Below are positions 52,493 through 63,696 of a DNA stretch of 64,000 bases, piece by piece. The stretch comes from Antedon mediterranea (Eukaryota > Animalia > Echinodermata), in assembly GCF_964355755.1 (NCBI RefSeq), contig NC_092677.1, forward strand, positions 5,106,101 through 5,170,100, read 5' to 3'. Numbering within the stretch: the stretch's first letter is position 1; each line of letters opens with the position of its first letter. The notes under the pieces were generated by a model. That model was not told the origin of the DNA. It searched no databases and was given only the letters and a program-made list of their open reading frames with translations. The translations under genes and the position numbers were made by a program.

Positions 52493-53002
52493 GTTGATTA
52501 TTTATCTGATCACATGGCCTACAACATAATGATATGCTTATGAATAGAAATAATCTACAATAGGTAAATTGATAGAAAGTAAATTATTAAGTGTGATTTC
52601 ATTCCAAATATGGAAATGTGTACAAATTCACAATATTTTAGCATACTTATATTGTAGATAGATCATCAAATTCCTATATGTGTCCATTTTGTTACAAAAT
52701 TACTATTTATTTGTTACGATTTGAATAAAAGGCAGTTAGTGTAGAGTATAAGCTATAGAATATGCTATATGGTGAGTAGTTGTATATTAAAACAATACTT
52801 AACTAACTATAAATTGGTCAACTTCTTATTTCAGAAAACTAGATACAAAACTCATATTTAATAAACATACAACTTAAAAACCTAAAATTTATGACTGACC
52901 GACATATATCTATACATTGTATAGCCACCAACCCACTCTCATAATCAAAATGTTAGGTAGATATGGTACCTACCTCCGTTTTACGAGGCCAAGCTGCAAG
53001 CA

Positions 53003-55193
53003 TTACAATGGATTCGTAATCAACGCCTCGCAATCTTCTTTCACTTGCTCAAATGACGGCCGATCTTTGCGTTGCGTCATCCAACAATTTTGCATTATGT
53101 TATACGCGTCGTTTGATATGTTATACGCTTCAGAATGATCACGGCGTGGCTGCGACTGCTTTAGTCTACCGCCACCCTCAAGAAAATCAACAATGATTTT
53201 GATCGACACGTATTTTCCTTGATCATCGATATACCTGGATGGAAAATCAAACAAAAACCAAATTTAGGCTTAGTTTTTTACTCAAAAAAATTTAAAAGGA
53301 AACAAAATTATTTATTTACTTACGTTGGGGCATTTCCATATGTAAACATCTCCCACATCAACACACCAAAGCTCCAAACGTCACCCTCACGACTAAACTT
53401 CCGATGTCTGATGCATTCTGGTGCATACCTGAAAAAACAATAATACTCTTACATCACACCAAAGATTTCTCGAAAGAATTCAACGATTTACAAGAAGTGC
53501 TGCTTAAGTATTCAGCTAAAAGAAGGAAAATTCTATATTTTTATAAAAAGTACATTATTTACAATGAGGAAGGATTCATGCTCATGATGTACAATAATGG
53601 TTCACCAAAAAGCCTCCCATGTCAGGGGGATTACCACCTATCTGATAAGACAGTGATTAATTTAATATTGGTAATCCTTGGTCATTTGCCTAAAGACTTA
53701 TAAAAAATAAAAAGATAAATAAAAAATGTTTATATGTGCTCGTCAACGGTCAGCAAGGGAGCAATCTTGCATAAGACGTGGCATAATAAATACACACAAG
53801 TAGTGAAATGTATTATTAACAATGACACAAACTTACCATTTATAAGGCGTGTCTTCACTGCCTCTAACAACATAATAGTCACTATCTGACCCAAAACTCT
53901 TGGCTAGGCCAAAATCAGTGATTTTGACATGGTGTTCACTAGCCACTAGAATGTTGCTAGCAACTAGATCTCGATGCACAATACATGTGTCCTTGTGGTT
54001 GCCAAGGTAATGCATAGCCTAGAAAAATGAGTGATTATACAAATAATTATTTCATTTTGGCACATTGCCAAGGACTGTCAAAGGTTGATTTAACGTTTGT
54101 CCTTCGTCTATCATCCTCAAACGAAAGCTTGTTACATAGTGTATAAGTCCAGTATTAAACATTGGTTTGTTTAATTTGAATTTAATTGATAATTTGAAGT
54201 CCGGCCTTGATCTATCGATTCAAAAGTTACTTACTGCACAAATCTGAGTACAAAATAAATACAACACGTCATCAGACAGAATGGACTTTTTATCTTTTAG
54301 ATAATGTTTCAATGCACCAAGTGGAAAAAATTCTAAAACTAATCTGAGACATCTTCCTGCAAAATAAAGGAAAAAGATAATTAAATAAACAAATTGTCTA
54401 AATTACCTTTTTTCCTACAGCGAGCAACTTACCAAAACTGTCATGGACCTGCCAAATGGCAGATGACAAGGTAGACAAGGTAGGTATTTAAAATAACAAT
54501 AGATATCCAGATTCGAAAAGGGACAAAAAATGCATTAAAGTAAACAGTTTACCTTTTGAAACACCTAAAACTTTGACAATATTGTCGTGTTTTAAACAAG
54601 ACATCAACTGAATTTCACGCTTGAACGCATCGAAGTACTTGTCATAATTCTTCTCTTTCAACATTTTAACAGCCACAATTTTCTGAGGTTCAGTCGTGAA
54701 ACCAGAATCCACTTTCCAAATTGCTTTGTTAACTTTCCCATAAAAGCCCTTAAAAAATAGGAAATTAGATTAAACTATTTATTGCAATGACTGCCTCATA
54801 CATTTATACATTAAAAAAAAAATCATACATTATTACAGTACAAAAATGTAATTACTGCAGTAATAATTTTGACATTACGTGTCAATAACATAACATATAG
54901 TTTAAAGGTTTACAAGGCAATTAAATATTTAAAATACTTTTAAAGTCAGGTTTGCAGTATACAAGCATCACAACTGAACTATCAACTATACTTTATACTT
55001 TTTACAGAACGCTCCAAATCATAGAGGGTTGTTTCTTTTACAAGTTAATAGAGTTTTTTTACAAAAGCAGACTATAAATGAAGCATACCACTCCAAGTAA
55101 TTGTTTAATGTGGAGATTGCTGTCTGGTATGTAAGGCAAGTGAAACTCTTCATCTAAGGTAGGCATTGATTCCTCATCTATTTCATAGTCATC
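53003..55193 (-). CDS. JAK-like (JH1-type) tyrosine kinase domain, 6 exons
   Basis: DYE...KQLLGV|GFYGKV...VAVKML...FKREI...HDNIVK...G|[15 protein letters not shown]...TQICA|AMHYL...[11 protein letters not shown]...KITDFGLAK...DYYVVR...W|YAPEC...[15 protein letters not shown]...CW...RPSF. It has the JAK-style YY activation loop. Confidence 0.88.
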
Positions 55194-58100
55194 CTGCGAA
55201 AGCAAATACACAATACAATACAACTTTTGGAATAAAAAAAACAAACTTAAAAAGAGTAAATTTATCCTATAACATGGGTGTGAAAACATAGGCAAAATTT
55301 TCAACAGATTTGTGTATTTTACAAGAGCTATAAAAATACATATACAGTGAACACATCACTTAGGATACACCTATTTAGAGGACACTTTTGGGGTCCCAAA
55401 GGTGCCTTGTGAATAGAACAAGACCGTTAGGCACCAGTCATACAAATTAAGCACTGAATTTAACAAGCAAATATAGAATAATGTTCCTTATTCAAATATT
55501 CACAGGAAAAGTTGCGTTAAAGAGATTTGCATTCTGAGATGGCGGCAAAACTGGAAGGTCTGTTTAAAAAATAATGATACACAATATTAACTAGATTTAA
55601 TTCGTCACTATGACAAATTATAGGTTATATGCATTTGATTGAAATAAAGATAATTGATTTGTAAAAGATATATTGATTGATTGATTTTCTCAGAATCTTT
55701 AATTATTTATAATATATGCTAAGATCTTGCTAATGCAAATACAATAGCCGGTATCGCAATCCGATCAAAGATCCCTCTGCGTATAATGTCATAAACCATA
55801 TTTGTTACATAATAATAAAGACATAAGTTTCTTTTTATCTAGATTTCATTATAAATCATGTGTATAATCTATACACTAAGAAATAAAATTGAACAAACAA
55901 TACAAATAATAAAAAAAAAAATTTATTTCGTCTCGTTACCCAAGGTGAGGCTCGATCTCGGTACCTTGAATGCCATAATCACGAGCACAGACCACCGAGC
56001 CATACACAACTTACTAAAACATGTAGAAAGATTCCTCCGTGTATTTACTATTCAGTAGCCACTTTGGTGCAGATAGATTATTACATACCGCAATGAATTA
56101 TAATTTATTACTATGATGACATCTTTAAAAATTTAAAAAAATGATGCACTGTCAAACTATATACTTTTAACTTTAATATATGAACTTCTTAAGAAAGAAA
56201 GTTAATGTTAAGTTTGTTATTTCGGCCTAAGAAAATGTCAAAATTTGTTTGATTGTCGAAATAATTTTTTTTTAATTCAATATGCAATTAATGATGACTT
56301 AATCAACTTTTGTTCTCTTAATTTGATAATAAATCATACATATGATACATACACTTCAAGAAAATGAAATAAAAAATAGGTGTTCCCCAGCATTCTGACG
56401 ATATATATTAATTTTAAAATTTAGCATATTTTCACTATTTTGTTAACTTATACGTGCGTAGCCTGTCACTTTTGACGTGCTCGTATAACGCAATTTCGAG
56501 TTGAAAAGTGAATCAAATATGATGATATTATTAAAGAAAGGTTGTAAAACAGAAATCGGGAAAAAATAGTGCGCATTAACGTTTAACGCGCAGTGCGCGT
56601 GCAAAATTCTGCGCACTCGTGGCAATTTTTTAAACGCTTAAAATTGCCTGAAACGTACTCTAATTTCATCGAAAATAAATTTTGACAATTTTAAAACTTT
56701 TAAGCGCGCGTACGCATGCGTTATATGCGCTACGCACGTAATTATATTGCCATATGATGAAATATGACCTGAAATTTATGAGTACCAAATTTTGTTTAAA
56801 AGTGATTCGTGCTTGTGAAGATATGATTACAAACGTGATTTCATTAAATCGCGCATAGACCGCGTAATTTATGATTGCGCACCGTGAAAACATGACCACA
56901 TCGATTCCTGGCCATAAGGAATATACTCTGAAAAATTGACTTAGCTAGATGAAACTGATATCAAGATAATTCACGGACAAAATAGTGCTAAGGAAAGAAT
57001 AAATAAATAAATAAATAAAGATCCTGACAGAATCAAGAGGTTATATGCATATCATGCATATAACCTAATTATGCATTTAGTAACATTCTAGGTACCATTA
57101 TATAGTAATAGCAGAAGATTATGGGCCCGGTCAGGCTTAGTTATTTTAATTCGGTAAGTTGGTTCCTATCTACTAAATAATAATTGTGCCCATGAAACCA
57201 ATGACCCAATTAAATAGCTAAGTTTACGTTTACTTCCAAATGATTTGAAATTTCTAAATATGCATAATATTTAATTACAAGGTACAAACATCTTAATCTT
57301 AAAAATTATTATTATTATCCAATAAATATTATCTATACAAAAAAAAATATTTTCAGTGTTGTAGTTTTTGTACAATACACTAGGCCTAGAGAATTAACAC
57401 ATATTCCAAAACCAAATTATAATAAAGTATTGTATTTACCAACTTCTGTTAACCTTTTTTCCACATTGACAGCATTATTGTCACCACCAGGAAATGGTCT
57501 TTCATCTGGCATCTATAAACATAAAATAAATTATTAGAGTTGTTATTTCATTTAAAAAAAGGGACAAAAAAAAGCGCAGATTGCTGAAATTGTAAATATT
57601 TCAGTTCCCCAAGATGACATTTTGATACATTTAGAATTAAAATTGTATCTCTGCATAAATGTCAGCTTCTGGTAATGGTCTGTCACCTAGTATTAAAGTA
57701 CAACTTTACTCAGAACCATATTTTGACAACATATTTAAGGGATGTAATATGATTTCAGAACAATTGCGAGATTTACGATATCGCCACGTATATCATCATA
57801 CTTAAGTGGGCTTAGCGAAATCTCCCACATGAGTTTTCACTTTTGTTAACATACAATACAAGATATAGTTACCCATCATTTCATTTGCTATTTTGACCCG
57901 CATTAGGCTTAAATTTGCCAAAATGTTTAGTCTAATTAGCATAATTGTCACCTTCTGGTGAGCGCAATGAGCAATGACTTTTGAAATGGTGCTATATACA
58001 TCAACGATTGATAGTTTGATTGATATTGGTGTTGATGAAATGCGCTTTGGCCATTCATTGTGTGCTGATGATAAAACATAAAATAAGGAGCAATATCAAC

Positions 58101-59150
58101 CATGTTTCATGTCCAGTCTCGACAGCCAACACACTAACCGACCGTGCCTATAGAAAACTTGAAACAAATTAACTTAATCCATTTGTACCTTAAACCCACA
58201 AAAACAGTTTTACTACTTTCTTTCAAAAACCCCAGGCACATTTGAGTAAAACATTATTGAGATTGGATTTAAGAACACACCTCTATAAAATCTTTGACTT
58301 CAACCTCCATTGTAATAGACAAGTCCTGCATGGTTTGCAGTATATCTAAAATACTTGGCCTTTTCATTCTGTCTGTCTCCCAACAACTATGCATCATATC
58401 CTTTAACTTAGAGGGCATTTCATCATTTAGTGGGTAATTACCATCCACCTTCTCAGTTTTATGTGGTTCACGTAAGGTCCTCATTTCCCATATCACAACA
58501 CCATAAGAATATATGTCTGAACGCTTTGATACCATTATCCTTGACCCACGGCCTTTAAAAAATGCCTCAAAGTTTTCAGGAGCCATCCATGGAAGAGAAC
58601 CAGTATATGTAGTAGTAACTGTCTCATCAGTTATGCAGGAAATTCCAAAGTCACAAACTTTCAAATTATATTTATCAGTAATTAAAAAATTTAACGATTT
58701 GATATCACGATGAATTATATCAAGTTCATGAAGATACTGTATTGCAAGAGCGCCTTGCCGTGTCCAGGTGAAAAATGTTTCATTCTCAAGAAGTTGCTCC
58801 TGTTCTCGTTTCTGGCTTAAATAATGATGTAATGATCCATTAGCTGCATATTCCATTATCATACAATCCATATGATCTTTCTTACTAACCCCTAGAATCT
58901 CTGTTATGAATTTTCTACCAATATGTTTTTGTTCTTCGTCAGCTTTAATTTTTCTTAATACAACAATTTCAATTTCTCGAAAATGGTTGAGACGTTTAAT
59001 CGCAACAGGAAAATCTTTTTTAGTTTTCCAAACCCCTTTCAACACACTGCACGTTCCACCATGTCCAATAAGTTCTCCAAATTCAATATCATTACATGGT
59101 ATTTCTAAAATCTCAGGATATGGTTTGATCACTGTTTTATTACTTGCCAT
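53003..59150 (-). CDS. Gene A: tandem kinase, ZAK/MLK-like TKL domain fused to a JAK-type tyrosine kinase domain (predicted 646 aa)
   Basis: Exons 59150-58281, 57512-57440, 55559-55504, 55193-55089, 54748-54553, 54356-54235, 54018-53837, 53428-53324 and 53234-53003. All have AG/GT boundaries. Intron phases 0,1,0,0,1,0,2,2 are mutually compatible, giving a total of 1941 nt open to the stop. Confidence 0.75.
55589..57068 (-). mobile_element. Helentron/DINE-1-like (HINE) non-autonomous element in an intron of gene A
   Basis: On the minus strand: 5' subTIR plus inverted repeat (hairpin AGGTTATATGCAT-ATC-ATGCATATAACCT at about 57038-57066), 3' subTIR, short stem-loop and a CTAG-TT end. A tRNA-like segment is internal at about 55940-56003. 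A second copy is at 10173-11138. Confidence 0.72.
57440..57512 (-). CDS. 73-nt linker exon of gene A ([24 protein letters not shown])
   Basis: Same acceptor and donor context as 37272-37296. It is 48 nt longer, in frame, and phase 0 to 1. Confidence 0.78.
58281..59150 (-). CDS. Intronless TKL-group Ser/Thr kinase exon (ZAK/MAP3K20- or MLK-like), gene A
   Basis: Paralog of 38199-39065, with [11 protein letters not shown] and WMAPE. An upstream in-frame TGA and an acceptor at about 59172 are present. The donor is GAG|GTGTGT. Confidence 0.9.
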
Positions 59151-59917
59151 TATTGTTGCTCAAAGTGGAGATCTGGAAAGACAAATAAATATGTACATTA
59201 TTATTTATACGCTATGTTTTTTACTCTTACTATCTCCACTCTCTATTCACCAGCCTGTGCCTTCTTTGTTATACTTCCTCCAATCCACTCTACTCAGGTA
59301 GCTATATTCTTACTTATTTCCAAGTATTCTCAGTAGCACAGAAGAAGGATTAGTGCTATCTAAAAAGCTTCCGGCTGTTTTAATTTATCATTTTGATTTA
59401 GCTTTTTTCTAGGTAGAGGAGGTCTCAAGTTAATAGCTAAAACCATTCCTAAAGAAAAATTACATCAACTGAGCCCTAACAAACCTAGAATACTCTAGGT
59501 AGAAATCAATTTATTATTATTCATTTATTTATAAAGCACCTTTCCAAAGAAAGATCAAAGTTCTGTACATAAAATTAACAGTATTAGCAACAAACAAAAT
59601 ATAAATGTGCTACTGTACTTAGAAAACAAGTAAGTTTGGAGGTGTTTCTTAAAAACACTAGAACTAGAGCCTGGCCATCACCAAAGGGATGCTATTCAAA
59701 AGTTTAGGATAGAAAACGCACAGTCACCAAGCATTATGGTATAGATAATTACAAAGTTAAACCGTTTTGTTGTAAACATTTGTAAATTGATTTTCCAAAT
59801 CTATTTGTGTTACCATCATTGTACCACCAGTTATAGTACAGTATAAGTATTCATATCGCCCATCATTAAAGTTCAGCTGTGTCAAGAAAAAACAAAATTA
59901 TTAGTAATAGGACTTAC

Positions 59918-59973
59918 TGTTTTGAAAATAGTCAAGTAGATCCTGATCAGATTGTACATCACTTTGTTGTGGC
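59918..59973 (-). other. Candidate 5' non-coding exon of gene A
   Basis: TATATGTTACAG|...|GTAAGT boundaries. The kinase exon begins with an acceptor, so an upstream exon is required. Confidence 0.35.
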
Positions 59974-60293
59974 CTGTAACATATATAAGTCAAAATCGTT
60001 AATTAGCATAAATTAAAAATGGCTGCTATTTACTATACCATTTTGAAACCCTGTATCTTCTTAACGGTTGGTTTTAGACCACCTAAGTGCATTACGAGTA
60101 GATATAAATAAGATATTAAACTTTCCAATTATCATATTATTAAAATAGGAATTTACACAAGCCTAGGTAGGCCAGATCATAGAGGAATTATTTCCTTACG
60201 ACAGCAGCCAGATGAAAAATAGCCAACCAAAGAAAAAGAAAGAGGTAGACAAGATATTATTATTATGTTTCAATCGTTACAATATAAACCTGA

Positions 60294-60340
60294 GCAGCAC
60301 TGACGAGATCTAATAAGATCGAAACAGTACTGTCTGCAGA
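60294..60340 (+). ncRNA. Type I minimal hammerhead ribozyme (Penelope/retrozyme type)
   Basis: GCA-CTGACGA-GATCT-AATA-AGATC-GAAA-CAGTACTG-TC-TGC. The CUGANGA and GAAA boxes are intact, with a 5-bp helix II, a palindromic helix III and a GUC cleavage triplet. Confidence 0.75.
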
Positions 60341-62179
60341 TTGGATATATATTAAATATATTATATATTTAATTGAATAATTTAATTTTAACTTCTATAT
60401 GAATTTTATATAATCATTGTAAATTTATTGGCCTATATTATGTCATTTGAATATTTAATATTTTATGTGTTGTACTGTATGTATGTTTTATCGAGGGCCC
60501 TAAATGATCATGTCTATTAGGAACTGGATATGCTACCCTCAGTAAAGATGGTAATAAATAAATAAATAAATAATTAAACCACATATTATCCTACAACTAT
60601 TAGTAGTAGTATTACCAGGGAGTATTACCGAGTAGTAAAAAAAAATCAAAACAATACAAATATCAATTAATATAATAATTTATTCATTTGTTACACATTT
60701 GCCAGCTTATACATATACTGTAATACAGTATAAACTACAACTGATTAAATGATTTATTTCAATATATTTGAATATATTTATATTATTATTGCATTATTTT
60801 TTTTCCTATTAGGTTAAGTCAGAAACTATACAGGGCCTGAATCCACACATGAATATTCATGATATGACGGAAACCCTGGAAATAGTTTTCACTCGGTAAT
60901 TGAATATGATCTCTCATCGTGATGCTAGGGTAACTGCTGCAAAAACACTCACCAACCATGTAGCCGCACCTATGTATGTATTGTATAGTATTAAAAATTC
61001 TGTGTAGTAAATGAAATTGATAAAGAATTTGACACTAAAATGACATACATGTTTCATGTTAGTCTTAACATTGTACTTTCAGACATAACATGAATTATTC
61101 CCTATATAGGCCTAGGCCTATACATGAGAAAATCTTTGGAACTGCTATGCAAAAACAAAATAAATAAAAACGTTATAATACATATCTTGCTTATGTTTTT
61201 GAAATATTAATTTTGTTGACATCCAACAATTATGTACGTATCAAACGATTTAATAAAAACTCACACATAACTTTAGAATCAATTGTTATTATACAGGTAC
61301 ACATAGCTAGGCCTACATATTAACGGATTCTGCCAAAAAAAAAGAGCAAGCCGGCTAGGAAATATACCATATATATTACCACCATATATTTGTAAGATCG
61401 GACCATATTTGGCGGCCAAAAACAGTCCTACTGCCCGGACCGATTTTATCCAGGCCAGACCAATTTTGGCCCGGACTGATTTTGGTGTGACAGGCCTACT
61501 ACGGCACTCGTACGTATTTATTGTCGTCTTTGACTCGACGGACTCGCACAAAAAAAGTGTCGATAGATGAAGTCATTTCAATCATGTCGTTGGTTGATTA
61601 TCGCACATTATTTTCACAAAATCGAATCCGTTTCTATACGAGTGGATTTCCGCACAAGCGCCTGTCCGCTCTGCGCAGGCATCATGAATATTCATGATAT
61701 ATATGCATGTCCTCTATAGTTTCAGCCTTAACCTAATAGGAAAACAATTAATGCTGCCCGGCCGTGTGCGCCTCTCCAACACAAAGCATTGCACAAAGCG
61801 TTGAGTGTGTTTTGCTGAATAAGGGCCTGGCCTAGCCTAGACAGGCGTACGTAATAAATAAGCTATTTATTTACTGTTTAATTTTTAGGCTAGACTATAT
61901 TTTATTCAAATAATTAAGATATAGGTAGCCTGACGATAAATTTAAGTTACTAGCCTAGCTAGGCCTAGTCTCTAGCCATAGGCCTAGGTAGGCTAGGCCT
62001 AGGGGCCCTATTATTATGCGAAAATGTCCCTTTCGGCGCTTCCCCTCACAAGAAGTGAGGTTTCCATAGAAACCAGTTAACATAAGCTTGACGTTATAAT
62101 GCTGCTTTTCAATTAGTGCAAAATAGTAAATTCAAGTGACTAATAATAGGTTAAAACTATGGAACGCCGGGAGTGCCAC

Positions 62180-62535
62180 TTTCGGCGACCTTTTAATGCG
62201 GCGACTGCTATTTCTTTCGGCGACCTAAGCATTTCGGCGACTTTGGTACTTTAATAGCGGCGACTTTTCCATGCGGCGACTCGGCGACTTTACCATTCAG
62301 CTGCAACTTTTTATGCGGCGACTCGGCGACTTTACCATTCACCTGCAACTTTTTATGCGGCGACTCGGCGACTTTACCATTCACCTGCAACTTTTTTATG
62401 CGACGACCCGGCGACTTTACCATTCAGCTGCAACTTTTTCATGCGGTGACTCGGCGACTTTAACATTAATTTTTATGTGGCGACTTTGTTTCGGTTGAAT
62501 AACTTTGTCGGCGACTTCTTTATTTGGCGACTTAA
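62180..62535. repeat. 42-bp minisatellite (GCGGCGACTCGGCGACTTTACCATTCA(G/C)CTGCAACTTTTTAT) within a GGCGAC-rich repeat
   Basis: About 4.5 units from about 62273, with degenerate GGCGAC copies on both sides. Confidence 0.85.
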
Positions 62536-62884
62536 GGATTAGGCAGCTTTGTTGTATGCCGACTAATTGCGCAACGATAACAGCTTAACCTTGGAAGGTC
62601 ACGAGACATTTTGCAACGTCTGGAATGAAAAGGCTAACCAACTTATCAGGATCAAATTACCTCTCTTATCTGTTGTTGCATGTAGCGCATGCCAGAGTGT
62701 TGATTCATTTAGTATTTTATTATTATTCATGTGTACATCTTTATGAAAGCACCTTCAAAATGAAAACTAATTTAGGACATCTTCATGTCAATTTTGAAAG
62801 AGAAAATGTAAGGATTTTTGTTTGTTTTTTATTTAGTAGAATAAGCTGGCCTCTATAGCCACCTATATCTCTACTAGGCTAGAC

Positions 62885-62912
62885 CATGGAGTAAAGAATT
62901 CTTTACTCCATG
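62885..62912. mobile_element. 28-bp perfect palindrome with 7-bp direct repeats (minimal P-element-like remnant)
   Basis: GCTAGAC-[CATGGAGTAAAGAATTCTTTACTCCATG]-GCTAGAC. Confidence 0.6.
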
Positions 62913-63590
62913 GCTAGACCTAGCTAGATAGGGAGGCCCTATAATATTAATAGGCCTAAGCCTAGTAGGCCCCTATAACTTGTAAGGTGTAGGCCCGGCT
63001 AGACTCACATTGTCACAATAATTGAGAAATTTAGTAGTAGTTAATAGTAGTTTTATCCAAATAAATACATCATTAATATCATTACTGGTGCCATGATTCA
63101 TGAAGGAAAGTTCCTCCATGTCCATGGTGGTAAAAACTATGTATTGTAGGCCTACAAAACAGAAAAGGTCCAGCTTTCTAGGTCTGATAACTGATTAATT
63201 AATGGGTAAAACAGACCAATGTAATAATAAATTTGTTTGCCTATTTAATATGAAACCTACACTCAATAAACAATCTTTTTTCATCAAATCAAAGCAAAAA
63301 TGTTTATTTAAATCATTTGGAGAAGCTAATTTTTTAATTAGCCCTCATTAGTTTGCTTATTGCATGGTGCATGCAAGTATTTGCCATTGATCAATTTATA
63401 AAAGAGGTACTTTATTCTCTTGTCATTGTCCTTTGTCTGCCATTTTTAAAAAACTTTATTACATTTCTATGTTTATATATTTTATAATTATGTTTTTGAT
63501 AGAAAATAAATATATATTTTGATTTGATATTTCAAATATTGTTTGAATTTGGGTAAGATAAACATTTTTTTTTAAATAAAAATTATTTAG

Positions 63591-63696
63591 ATTGATACTG
63601 CAAACATTGGTTCACTAACCAACTCTGAACTTGACATGCTGGGTGTAGTGTCGATAGGAGATAAGCACAGACTTCGTAACAAATTCAGATTAAATG
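63591..63696 (+). CDS. Candidate exon encoding part of a SAM-like domain
   Basis: TTATTTAG|ATT...AATG|GTATGT. IDTANIGSLTNSELDMLGVVSIGDKHRL matches the SAM pattern LT..EL..LGV..IG...RL. Confidence 0.45.

Noticed and set aside
53003-55193. Canonical full-length JAK gene
   Set aside because: No FERM, SH2 or JH2 exons were seen upstream in the window, so no gene symbol was assigned.
11608-59150. Conventional Ig receptor tyrosine kinase, or one continuous ORF across both kinases
   Set aside because: The kinases lie 5' of the Ig exons with no signal or TM exon. Gene A ends in a stop at 53003, and each TKL exon has an in-frame TGA just before its ATG.
62208-62498. ORFs with 14-aa repeats (KKLQVNGKVAESPH)
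   Set aside because: A by-product of the 42-bp minisatellite.
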